Assembly (NCBI RefSeq): GCF_006345805.1
Contig: NC_042997.1
Location: forward strand, 30,752,001 to 30,816,000
Source: Octopus sinensis
Lineage: Eukaryota
DNA: 64,000 nucleotides
Direction of reading: 5' to 3'
Below the pieces are notes generated by a model. The model ran no database searches. It had not been told where the DNA came from and saw nothing but the letters and a program-made list of their open reading frames with translations. Each line of letters begins with the position of its first letter. Positions within the stretch are counted from its first letter, which is position 1. Made by a program: the position numbers and the translations under genes. Below are positions 10,846-24,299 of this stretch, piece after piece.

Positions 10846-12742
10846 TTAGGTTGTTTCACATGAAATGTCGCATTTTTAATTACTTGTTATTCCAGTCATC
10901 TAAAAATTCAATTATGTATACCTTGTAATTAGTCTTTTTATTTCCCAACAATATTGGTATACAAAATTTGTACCCACAGACCTTATGAAAATGATAACAA
11001 CCAAACTATGTTGAGTAATTTTCTCGTATGAGTACAAACTGGGTCACTTTGCTGCAGAAGCTCTACGGAATATCAAGCGGGCTTTTGGTAATGGTTTTGT
11101 TGACATCAGAACTGTTCAGAGATGGTTCCAAAGCTCTCGTCCAGGAGATGATAGCCTTAAAAATAAACCAAGGTGCATGCCAAAATCAGTTATTCGGCAT
11201 GATGGATTTAATGCTTTGGTTGAACAAAATCCAAGGACAAAGGGTTGAAAACTTCCATCAGAACTCCAAATATCTCACACAACTGTTTTTGGATACCTGT
11301 GGAAAATTGGAAAAGTCAAATGGATAGGTTTGTTTCATATCAACTGAATGAGATTAAAAAAAGCAAACACCTCAAAGTGTGCTCTTTATTGCTTTCTCAC
11401 CTGAAAAAAGATCATTTTGGCATCAAATCATTACTTGTGATTAGAAATGGATACTCTTTGACAACAGCAGAACAGGACAGTGATAAGATGCAGGAGAGTT
11501 GCGTACACACTACCCAAACCTACCATTGTGCCCTAAAATGTTAGTGCTCACTGTATGGTGGTCTGTCATCATCATCATCATCCTCGTTTAATGTCCGTTC
11601 TCCATGCTAGCATGGGTTGGACAGTTCGACCGGGGATCTGGGAAGCCAGAAGGCTGTACCAGGCTCCAGTCTGATCTGGCAGTGTTTCTACAGCTGGATG
11701 CCCTTCCTAATGCCAACCACTCCGTGAGTGTAGTGGGTGCTTTTTACGTGCCACCTGCACAGGTGCCAGGCGAAGCTGGCAACGGCCATGGTCGGATTGG
11801 TGCATTTTACATGCCACCGGCACGGAAGCCAGTCAAGGCGGCACTGGCATTGGCCACGATTCGGATGGTGCTTTTTATGTGCCACCGGCTCAGGGATCAC
11901 AACTGCAGTTTCCATTGATTTTGATGTCGGTGTACTTGATTGAAAGGATCTCCTCAAGCACAGGGTCGAAATGGTGTTTCTTCACTTGCCACCTGTACAG
12001 GAGTCAGTCCAGCGGTCCTGGCAACTGCCGGGTGCCAGTCATAGGATTGGTTCAATTTCGATTTCGATTTCGATTTCACTTGCCCCAACAGGTCTTCACA
12101 AGCAGAGTTTAGTGTCCAATGAAGGGAGGTTGGCATGGGTGCCTATCGTCGGATGAGGTTCAATTTTGACTTCGCTTGCCTCAACAGGTCTTTGTGTGTC
12201 CAAGGGAGGAAAGACATGCATAAGTGGGCTGGACTCACTCTGTGCAGGGAGTTATTCATTATTCATTTTTGCAACAAGGAAAAACAGTAACAGCAACATT
12301 GTTTTGCAAGGAAATTGATTGTATGCATGAGAATTTGAAAAAGAAGTAACCCTGACTAGTGAATAGAGATGGCTCAATTTTGCTCCACGACAATGCACGT
12401 ACTCACACTCCTCAAGCTATGGTCCAAAAGATGCAAAGCCTGAATTATGAGATTTTGCAACATCCTCCCTATTCCTCTGATATCCCTCTTACTGATCATC
12501 ACTCATTTAAGCATTTTGAGTTTTTCATAAGCAATAAAATATTCTTAAATAGAGAAGAGGTAACTGAAGCATTCGGACAATTTATCACAATTTAAAGATG
12601 GAATATATGACATAGAGAAACATTGGGTAAATATCATAAATGAACATGGATCATACTGTGATTAAATAAATCAGTTCTCTAGCACTTCTGAAGCATTTTA
12701 TTGTTACCTTTCAAATATGACATTTCATGTGAAACAACCTAA
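10846..12742 (+). mobile_element. Decayed full-length mariner transposon interrupted by a family-B SINE (about 11567-12240)
   Basis: Perfect 24-bp TIRs TTAGGTTGTTTCACATGAAATGTC / GACATTTCATGTGAAACAACCTAA flanked by TA on both sides. Transposase relics RTVQRWF, LLHDNARTH and LQHPPYSSDI with stops and frameshifts. Confidence 0.92.
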
Positions 12743-13454
12743 TACACAGGCACAGATGTGACTGTGTGGTGAGAAGCTTGCTTCTCAACCGCATAGTCCT
12801 GGGTTCAGTCTCACTGTGTGGCACCTTGGTAGCATCTTCTACTATAGCTTCAGGCTGACCAAAGCCTTGCGAATGGATTTGTGGATTTGGTAGATGGAAA
12901 CTGAAAGAAGCCTGTTGTATGTATGTTATATATATATATATAGTCGTTGTTAGTGCTACCTGACTGGCTCCTGTGCTGGCGGCACATAAAAAGCACCCAC
13001 TACACTCTCAGAGTGGTTAGCGTTAGGAAGGGCATCCAGCTGTAGAAACTTTGCCAGATCAGATTGGAGCCTGGTGCAGTCTTATGGCTTACCAGCCCTC
13101 TGTCATACCTTTCAACCAATTCCAGCATTGAAAGCGGACATTGAACGACAATGACGATGATGATGATGATATATATATATATTGTTGCCATTATGTTAAA
13201 CTGTTGTATGTCCAAATTAAGCCAAATGAGTATTTTTCAATATTTATTTTTGCTTGCAATAGCCGGTTCTTTTGGTCAAACTATCGTATCTCCAGCTGCT
13301 TCAGATGCCAATATAACAAAAATTGTCAAAGTGTAGTGCAACGGTTTTGTTATGAAATGGTGAAATTACTTTTTCATATTCGGAAAAAGCAACATTTTGG
13401 ACTTGTGGCTCTTTTGCATAATAGCAATGATATATACATGTATATGTATATTTC

Positions 13455-14420
13455 TTTACTGCCCACAAGGAGCCAAACATAGAGGGGACAAACAAGGACA
13501 GACAAAGAGATTAAGTCGATTACATCGACCCCAGTGCGAAATTGGTACTTTATTTATCGACCCTGAAAGGATGAAAGGCAAAGTCGACCTCGGCGGAATT
13601 TGAACTCACAACGTAACGGCAGACGAAATACCTATTTCTTTACTACCCACAAGGGGATAAACACAGAGGGGACAAACAAGGACAGACAAAGAGATTAAGT
13701 CGATTACATCGACCCCAGTGCGAAATTGGTACTTTATTTAATCGACCCTGAAAGGATGAAAGGCAAAGTCGACCTCGGCGGAATTTGAACTCACAACGTA
13801 ACGGCAGACGAAATACCTATTTCTTTACTACCCACAAGAGGATAAACACAGAGGGGACAAACAAGGACAGACAAAGAGATTAAGTCGATTACATCGACCC
13901 CAGTGCGAAATTGGTACTTTATTTAATCGACCCTGAAAGGATGAAAGGCAAAGTCGACCTCGGCGGAATTTGAACTCACAACGTAACGGCAGACGAAATA
14001 CCTATTTCTTTACTACCCACAAGGGGATAAACACAGAGGGGACAAACAAGGACAGACAAAGAGATTAAGTCGATTACATCGACCCCAGTGCGAAATTGGT
14101 ACTTTATTTAATCGACCCTGAAAGGATGAAAGGCAAAGTCGACCTCGGCGGAATTTGAACTCACAACGTAACGGCAGACGAAATACCTATTTCTTTACTA
14201 CCCACAAGGGGATAAACACAGAGGGGACAAACAAGGACAGACAAAGAGATTAAGTCGATTACATCGACCCCAGTGCGAAATTGGTACTTTATTTAATCGA
14301 CCCTGAAAGGATGAAAGGCAAAGTCGACCTCGGCGGAATTTGAACTCACAACGTAACGACAGGCAAAATACCGCTAAGCATTTCGCCCGGTGCGCTAACG
14401 TTTCTGCCATCTCGCCGCCC
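13455..14420 (-). mobile_element. Five-unit (181-bp period) concatemer of tRNA-derived SINE family C
   Basis: One full copy with head at about 14340-14418 plus four head-truncated copies. Monomers or short arrays at about 4870-5027, 20080-20230, 21955-22135, 23230-23970, 31690-32150, 36355-36590, 41278-41720, 48968-49200, 50330-50550. The central GCCTTTCATCCTTTCGGGGTCGATAAATTAAGTACCAG recalls the conserved Nin/Deu SINE domain (unverified). Confidence 0.9.
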
Positions 14421-14913
14421 TTTACATGTATATGTATGTTTGCGTGTCTTTATGTTTGTGTTTATCTCCCTCTACCACTTGATCACTGTTGTTGGTGTGT
14501 TTACATCCCTGTAACTTAGCAGTTTGGTTAAACAGACCAATAGAATAAGTACCAGGTTTTAAAAAAAATAGTTCTGGAATCAATTTGTTCAAATAAGACC
14601 CTTCAAGGCAGTGCTCCAGCATGGCTGCAATCAAATGACTCAAACAAGTAAAAGATAAATGATATTTTTTTTTTTTTTTTTTTTGTACTTGTTTCAGTCA
14701 TTCGACCGCAGCCATGCTGGAGCACCGCCTTTTTAGAGTGGTGAAAGAGTACAGCAGGGATCACCACCATCCCCTGCCGGAGCATCGTGGAGCTTTTAGG
14801 TGTTTTCGCTCAATAAACACACACAACGCCCGGTCTGGGAATCGAAACCGCGATCCTCCGACCGCAAGTCCGCTGCCCTAACCACTGGGCCATTGCGCCT
14901 CCAAAAAATAAAT

Positions 14914-14950
<37 letters not shown>

Positions 14951-17429
14951 TCATCATCGTTTAATGTCTGCTTTCCATGTTGGCATGGATTGGATGGGTT
15001 GACTGGTGATTGGCAAGCCAATAGGCTGCACCAGGTTACAATCCGATCTTGTAAAGTTTCTACAGCTTGATGCCCTTCCTAATGCCAACCACTCCGAAAG
15101 TTTAGTGGGTGCTTTTTACATGCCACCAGCATGGGAGCCAGTCAGGCGGCACTGGTATCGGCCACATTCAGATGGTACTTTTTTACATGCCTCCAGACAG
15201 GGGAAGACTGGCATCAACCACGTTCAGATGGTGCTTTTTATGTGCCACCAACATGGGGAGCCAGTCCGGCGGAACTAGCATTGACCCACACTGGAATGGT
15301 GCTTATTACATGCCACAAGCATGGGTACCTGTCAGGCAGCACTAGCATTGGCCACAACTACAATTTCCATTTTCATTTCGATATAGATTTGATTTTGATT
15401 TTTGATTTTACTCGACACAATAGGTCTTCTCAAATGCAGTTTATCGCCCGATGATTCAAGGATACTTTTAACTGGGCTGGTTATGTGACACTGGTATAGG
15501 TCACGGCTGTGATCTCACTTTACTTGCCAGGTCTTCTCAATCACACCCTCAATTACTTCTTTATATCATCAGTAGCTCATATATCTGAAAAATTACACTC
15601 TAAAGCATTTGAATAGTAGCACAAAACCAATGATCAGTCTATGACCAGCCATAACTTTTAACTTCCTAAAATATATAAAATATATAGGCAGTGCTCCAGC
15701 ATGGCCGCAGTCAAATGACTGAAACAAATAAAAGAATAAAAGAATATATAATCCATGCCAGCATGGACAACAGACGTTAAATGATGATGACGATGATGAT
15801 GATGATATATTTGAAGAAAGATTTTCTTAAAATAAAAACTATTAATTACTTTAAATACCCCATAACATGTGTTTGAAAAACTTAACGCACTATGAAAACT
15901 TCCTTCCAAAAACTTCATGTCAATCTGCTTTTATTCTTTTTTTCAATTCTTTTTTCTATATAACCAATAGTTTTTGTTTTAGAAGAATTTTTCTTGAAAT
16001 ATTGTGATAATATCACAAAATTCTTTTTAAAGCCTTTTCAAATATATATGATTTTTGTCTTGCAAGTTACATGGTGACCCTGTCCATGCAGGTGCCACTT
16101 AAAAAGCATCCAGTCCTTTCTGTAAAGTGGTTGGCATTTGGAAGGGCATCCAACTGTAAAAACCTTGCCAAAACTGACCTCACTTGTGCTTGTGCCACAC
16201 AAAAAGCATCAAGTCCACTCTACTGAGTGGTTCATATTAGGAAGGGCATTCAGCTGTAAAAATGCCAAAACAATCACAGAAATCTGGTACAGGCTTCTTC
16301 CTGGTTTGCTCCTGTCAAACTGTCCCACCCATGCCAGCATTGAAGGCAGACATTAAATGATGTTGATGATGATAACGATATAATTTCTGAGGCTGAAAAT
16401 GTTCGGAAATTTACTCAGGGGTTTCAATGTCTATGTTCAAACCCTTTAACATTCAGATTGTTCAGTCAACTGTAATGCTTGTCTATTCCCATTGTTTTGA
16501 ATTAATTGTGCATTATCTCATAACTGCAACATTTTGATCATGTGGTTATTTATTTTTAGAATGACATTGAAGCGTAGATGTATGAGACCAAACCTGGCTG
16601 GTTTGAACATGACACCAAAAGTGTATCTGGGACAGGCATGACTAGTTTAAATACTAAAGGGTCAACATTGAAAAGTGACCGTGCAGTTTTTGCAGTAGTA
16701 AAAAGGTTTTAACATATTTGATGAAATAGGCCCTTAAATTTTATGTAATTAGTATTTAAATTTATGTGTAAATATCATTGCCTGATCTATACTATCTGAA
16801 GGCAAAATAAGTGTAGCTGATCTCTGCTTGGCAGTCTTATTCATTTGTTTGCTCAGGCAAGTATCCCTGTTCAGATTTTATGGATGACTGATTTTCTAAA
16901 TTCAAGATCTTTGTAAGAAAGTGTGTCACCTGCTCTCATGCTAACAAAATGTGGAAAATATTCACTAAAATTTACATATGTGTGTGTATATCTATACAGA
17001 TATACTCTTTTACTCTTTTACTTGTTTCAGTCATTTGACAGTAGCCATGCTGGAGCACCGCCTTTAGTCGAGCAAATCAACTCCAGGACTTATTCTTTGT
17101 AAGCCTAGTACTTATTCTATTGGTCTCTTTTGCCAAACCGCTGAGTTACGGGGACGTAAACACACCAGCATCGGTTGTCAAGCGATGTTGGGAGGATAAA
17201 CACAGACACACAAATACACACACACACACACATGTATATATACATATATATGACGGGCTACTTTCAGTTTCCGTCTGCCAAATCAACTCACAAGGCTTTG
17301 GTTGGCCCGAGGCTATAGTAGAAGACACTTACCCAAGGTGACACGCAGTGGGACTGAACCCGGAACCATGTGGTTGGTAAGCAAGCTACTTACCACACAG
17401 CCACTCCTGCGCATATGTATATATATACA

Positions 17430-17505
<76 letters not shown>

Positions 17506-19769
17506 GGCTTGTTGCCAACTTAATGTGACTGTCCCAGGAAAGGGAAGAATGCTACTACTATTTATTTTCTAGTTGGCAACGTGACTCAAGCATTCTGTGT
17601 CCTTAAGTTTTCAAACAGGGGAGGAGGTGCTTATCTCCCTTGTTTGAAACTTAGAAAACTTAAGGACACAGAATGCTTGTGCCAACTAGAAATGGTGTTT
17701 CATGGGGCTAAATAGCAGTAACATACTTATCTTGTTTCAGTCATTTGACTGCGGCCATGCTGGAGCACCGCCTTTAGTCAAGCAACTCAACCCCGGGACT
17801 TATTCTTTTTGTAAGCCCAGTACTTATTCTATCGGTCTCTTTTTGCCGAACCGCTAAGTGACGTGGATGTAAACACACCAGCATCAATTGTCATGCAATG
17901 CTAGGGGAACAAACACAGACACACAAACACAGATACATACATATATATATATACATATATACGAGAGGCTTCTTTCAGTTTCCGTCTACCAAATCCACTC
18001 TGTGTTTGTCCCTCTAGCATTGCTTGACAACCGATGCTGGTGTGTTTACGTCCCCGTCACTTAGCGGTTCGGCAAAAAGAGACCGATAGAATAAGTACTG
18101 GGCTTACAAAGAATAAGTCCCGGGGTCGATTTGCTCGACTAAAGGCGGTGCTCCAGCATGGCCGCAGTCAAATGACTGAAACAAGTAAAAGAGTAAAGAG
18201 AGAGTATGTTTATAGGAGTGGCTGTGTGGTAAGAAGTTTGCTTGCCAACCACATGGTTCCGGATTAAGTCACACTGCATGTCACCTTAGACAAGTGTCTT
18301 CTACTATAGCCTCGGGCCAAGCAAAACCTTGTGAGGGGATTTGGTAGATGGAAACTGAAAGAAGCCCGTCATGTGTGTGGTTGGCGTTAGGAAGGGCATC
18401 AAGCCGTAGAAACACTGCCAGATCTGACTGGGCCTGACGAAGCCTTCCAGCTTCACAGACCCCAGTTGAACCGTCCAACCCATGCTAGCATGGAAAGCGG
18501 ACGCTAAATGATGATGATGATGATGATGTGTCTGTGTTTGTCCCTCCAGTATTGCTTGACAACCGATGTTGGTGTGTTTATGTCCCCATCACTTAGTGGT
18601 TTAGCAAAAAGAGATCGATAGAATAAGTACTAGACTTACAAAGAATAAATCCTGGAGTTGATTTGTTCGACTAAAGGCGGTGCTCCAGCATGGCCACAGA
18701 CAAATGACTGAAACAAGTAGAAGAATAAAAAGAATAGAATGTTTATGGGAAAATCTGATCCTTGTTGCCTGGCAAGGAAGACAACTTTAGACATATTTCA
18801 GTCTTACTCTACCTCATCAACACAGCATAATCTAACCACATGCACTTTGATCAGTTCACAGTTGTTTCATTTATAAAAAATGAGTAGCCAACGTTTTTGG
18901 ACAGTTATAATTTAAGTAGTAGAATATAATTAGCTGATGAGGTCTAATATAATTGACATGTGTCCCTTGCTGTTCTTTTGCCAGCAAAGGTTGGATTGTT
19001 CTTACAACATATAAATTAATTTCATGGGATTATCTCCCTTTTCCTCTCAGTCTTTATCAATTATTGTTTTACTCATTTCAGTTATTAGACTGTGGCCATG
19101 CTGGGGCATCACCTTGAAGTTTTAGTTGAATGAATCGACCCCAGTACTTGTATTTCTTTTTAAGTCTGGTATGTATTCTATTGGTCTCTTTTGCTGAACT
19201 GTTAAGTTACAGGGACGTGAATACACCAGCAATGGGTTGTCAAGTGGTGATAAAAGGACAAACACAGACACAAAGACACACACACAGATCATCATCATCG
19301 TTTTAACGTCCGTTTTCAATGCTGGCATGGGTTGGATGGTTTGACTGAGGATGGCAAGCCAGGAGGCTGCACCACGTTCCAGTCTGATCTGGCAGTGTTT
19401 CTACTGCTGGATGCCCTTCCTAACACAAACCATGAACGTCCTAATTCATCTAAATTCATACCATTGATCTATTTTAGTTATTTCCCTTACTCTTTACTCT
19501 TTTACTTGTTTCAGTCATTTGACTGCGGCCATGCTGGAGCACCGCCTTTTTTTAGTCGAGCAAATCGACCCCGGGACTTATTCTTTGTAAGCCCAGCGCT
19601 CGAATGGTGCTTTTTATGTGCCACTGGCACAGGTGTCAGTTACACGACACCAGAGTTACAAATATTAATTTCAAATTCTGACTCAAAGCCAGCAATTTTG
19701 GGAGAGGAAGTAAATCAGTTACATTGACCCCAGTGCTTAACTGGTACTTAACGCTCTCCTTATGAGAGC

Positions 19770-20092
19770 TCAAAATCTCTCGTGGAGGCGCAATCCAACC
19801 AAAATGTAAATATATGGGAAACTACCACCTGTGTTATCTCTTGTGAAAGGTAGAAGAGTCCAGTTTGCTGGACATTGTTATAGAGCTGAAAACAAGGCAA
19901 TTTCTCCTCTTCTCTTCTGGAAGCCATCTACTCGCAATACCAGAAGGCGCGCACTCTCCTACCCTGATGTAATCTCCAAGGATACAGGCATCCAGCAACA
20001 GGACCTCCCTAATGCCATGATGGACCATGAAGTCTGGCGTAGCATGATAAATTCCATTGTTTCGACCACGGTCGAACAATGATGATGATGAT
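19770..20092 (+). mobile_element. 5'-truncated RTE-like LINE 3' end
   Basis: RRVQFAGHCYR...LLFWKP...YPDVISKDTG...MMDHEVWR followed by a (TGA)n tail. Confidence 0.8.
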
Positions 20093-20339
20093 GGTACTTA
20101 TTTTATCAACTCTGAAAGAATGACAGGCAAGATCAACCTCGGTAGCATGTGAACACAGACCATAAAGACTGTTGGAATGTTGCTAAGCATTTTGCCCTGT
20201 GGGCTAACAATTTTGCCAGTTTGCTACCTTTGCACAGGTGTTATTATTAATTAATAAATGCTTGACAAAAGAACAGGAATTATGTAATCACATTCATTGA
20301 CATACTAAATATATTGACTGTGATAATAGCTAATAGATA

Positions 20340-20636
<297 letters not shown>

Positions 20637-23600
20637 GTACTACAACAGGATGTCACTACCTGCACTTTTTCTTGGCCATTCCCTACTCCTAGCAAATGAC
20701 ACCTTTGTACTACTCGAGTTACAGCCCTCCTACCCGCAGGGTTGTGTGGGTAGTTAGTTTGCTTGTAAGAGTGTCAATTCTACCCTCAACCTCTTTTCAT
20801 TGCCTTTTAAAACACAGCAGAGGAAACATTGGGTCTATTCTTTGACATACTAGTTCCCCGCACAGCACAATAGATAGTGTATTTAGTTTTCATTTATTGT
20901 TATAATATGCTCTATATATGTCGTATATATGTATATATATATATGTATGTGTGTGTGTTTGTGTGTCTGTGTTTGTCCCCCTAGCATTGCTTGACAACCG
21001 ATGCTGGTGTGTTTACGTCCCCGTCACTTAGCGGTTCGGGGTCGATTCCCGGGGTCGAGTTGCTCGACTAAAGGCAGTGCTCCAGCATGGCCGCAGTCGA
21101 ATGACTGAAACAAGTAAAAGAGTAAAAGAGTAAGAGTAATATAATACTGATTTTTGAAGTAAAATGTCAGGAGGTCTTAATGTACTTGTAAAAATATAGT
21201 AGCTGCTAATGGAACAGCTATTAAGAACAGCAGCACTGTACACACCTGTACACATGTATTTAGCTTTGGGAATTGTCTTTCATAGCTTGACAAATAGCTA
21301 GAGTTTACAAGTGTTTCTACTGTTCATCTTACTGTTAGTATATCAGTTGATATATTTAAGAAAAACTCCGCCCATTTGTGAAATGGTTTCTTTGAATACC
21401 ACATTTATGATTGTGTAATATTGTTTCATGTTGTAGTCGCTTGGCTTCACCAAGTCAGTTGTGACTGGGAATACCTGTTGTATTAAAGTTGCTGACTGAC
21501 TTTGTTGAACTAGATTACATATTTTCCCCAACACCGTAAAATTAAGTGTAAGATTTATACCAATAATCTATCCTGGTACTTTTAGGTGTTTGCTTTTTTA
21601 CATTTTATTTTTATTCAGTTATTTATTTTTAATAGAAGAAACCAGTTACTTTCTTGTGAAGATTTGATTTTGTTTGCTGGTTTTCTTTTTTACCTTCTGT
21701 AAGAATATGCAGCTTGCTTGGTTCTCTAAAACTAAACAAAACTCAGGCATTTTTTTTTAAGGCATTTCTTTTTAAATTGTTTAGTCAGAGGAGAATGGAC
21801 AGCATATCCTTGAATCTTTTCAAGGCCGCTGAGATTGGTGAAAGAAAGTGGGGGAGTTATTCCCAAACTACAGACCTGTGTAAGAGTTAGCACTTCCTTC
21901 TCTAAGCTTGGATTCGATTTCGAATCCAAGTTTAGAGAAGGAAGTGCTAACTCACAAAGGGATTAAGTCGATTACATCGACCCCAGTGCGAATCTAGTAC
22001 TTTATTTATCGACCTCGAAAAGGTTGAAAGGCAAAGTCAACCTCGGCGGAATTTGAACTCAGAACGTAACAACAGACGAAATACCTATTTCTTTACTACC
22101 CACAAGGGGCTAAACACAGAGAGGACAAACAATGACAAAACAAAGGATCTTTAAATTTCGTGCCTATACATGCATTGGTTTTTGACGATCGATGATTCTC
22201 GGATTCGATTTCAAATCCAAGCTTAGAGAAGGAAGTGCTAACTCTTACACTTGGCTTGAATTCTTGCAGTGTAACAGACTCTGCTAAACATACCAAAGGC
22301 CTTTAATAGAATGGTTTTGTTTTAAACTGAAAGATGAATGAAGTCCACAACCAAAGAAAATAATGGTCCCTCTAATAGGCTACAAAACATTTTCTGTCGA
22401 ACAAAATTTTACTCACAAGATTTTGGTTGACCTAAGGCTGTGATAGAAGTCATTTGCCTGTGATCCATGCTTTGGGATTAAACCTAAAAGTATGTAATTG
22501 TAAAGTGAACCTCTTAGCTACCTAGCCATTCATGAGTCCATGAATAGATTCATCGATTCTACATCATCATTTAACTAACTACCTATACTCTTTTCTCTTT
22601 TACTCTTTTACTTGTTTCAGTCATTTGACTGCGGCCATGCTGGAGCACTGCCTTTAATCGAGCAACTCGACTCCGGGACTTATTCTTTTGTAAGCCCAGT
22701 ACTTATTCTATCGGTCTCTTTTGCCGAACCGCTAAGTAACGGGGACATAAACACACCAGCATTGGTTGTCAAGCAATGCTAGGGGGGACAATTACAGACA
22801 TACAAACACACACGCGCATATATATATATACATATATACGACGGGCCTCTTTCAGTTTCCGTCTACCAAATCCACTCACAAGGCTTTGGTCGGCCCGAAG
22901 CTATAGTAGAAGACACTTGCCCAAGGTGCCACGCAGTGGGACTGAACCCGGAACCATGTGGTTGGTAGACAAGCTACTTACCACACAGCCACTCCTGCGC
23001 CTATATGTATTCTTGATCAGGGTTTACTTGGGACTTGACAACAACTGATTTTTAGATGCAGATTTAACTATAGATTACTTGTATTTGTCTGTACTTATCC
23101 ATGATTATTCAACTCTTTGTCTACCAATCTTCAACTGTTACTTCCTCACTATTTATACTTTTTGTTTTATTCGCATTTATTCATTTCATCCAAACTGTTA
23201 CTTGAGCTTATTTCATGTGCCAGACTGAGTTAAAAGTTTCTTATTTCTGTATTGCCCCCAAGGGGCTAAACATAGAGGGGACAAAACAAGGACAGACAAC
23301 GAGATTAAGTCATTTACATTGACCCCAGTGCGTAACTGGTACTTAATTTATCGACCCCGAAAGACCCCTGAGTCGACCTCAGCGAAATTTGAACTCAGAA
23401 TGTAGCGGCAGACGAAATACCTATTTCTTTATTACCCACAAGGGGCTAAACACAGAGGGGACAAACAAGGACAGACAATGATACTAAGTCGATTACATCG
23501 ACCCCAGTGCGTAACTGGTGCTTAATTTATCGACCCCGAAAGGATGAAAGGCAAAGTCGACCTTGGCGGAATTTGAACTCACAACGTAACGCAGACGAAA

Positions 23601-24299
23601 TACCACTAAGCATTTCGCCCGGCGTGCTAACATTTCTGTCAGCTCGCCGCCTACTTAATTTATTGACCCTGGAAGGATGAAAGGCAAAGTCGACCTCAGC
23701 GAAATTTGAACCCAGAATGTAGTGGCAGACAAAATACCTATTTCTTTATTACCCACAAGGGGCTAAACACAGAGGGGACAAACAAGGACAGACATAGGTA
23801 TTAAGTCGATTACATCGACCCCAGTGCGTAACTGGTACTTAATTTATTGACCCTAGAAGGATGAAAGGCAAAGTCGACCTCAGCGAAATTTGAATTCAGA
23901 ACGTAGCGGCAGACGAAATACCACTAAGCATTTCGCCCAGCATGCTATAGTTTCTGCCAGCTCACCACCTGAGTCAAAAGTTTCTTCCTTCGGATTTTCA
24001 CTGATGATTCTTGACAATTGGTATTTTTGTGTTATATAATTAATTTCATACAACTTGTTCACTCATTGATTTCTTTATTTTCACATGTATAATCATCAAT
24101 TTTTTCTTCTTTTGTTATATTTTGGGAGGGTCATTTTTCTTTTTTTCCTTGCCAAATAAACACACGTGCTGTATATTTGTTCTTTACTCATTTATTATTG
24201 TTCTTATTTTATCTTATGTCCATTTGTCTGGAAATCTTTTGTCACATATCTGTGACCTCTTCAGTAACTTATCCATCCTATGTGTATCCTCCTGTTCTG

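Noticed and set aside
13455-14420. CRISPR-like appearance of the tandem arrays (also 7322-7780 and 26552-26808)
   Set aside because: Units are contiguous with no unique spacers, there are no cas genes, and the context is eukaryotic.
18940-18980. CTGATGA-GGTC...GAC-ATGTGTC hammerhead-like remnant
   Set aside because: The GAAA core strand is missing and there is no stem I; decayed at best.
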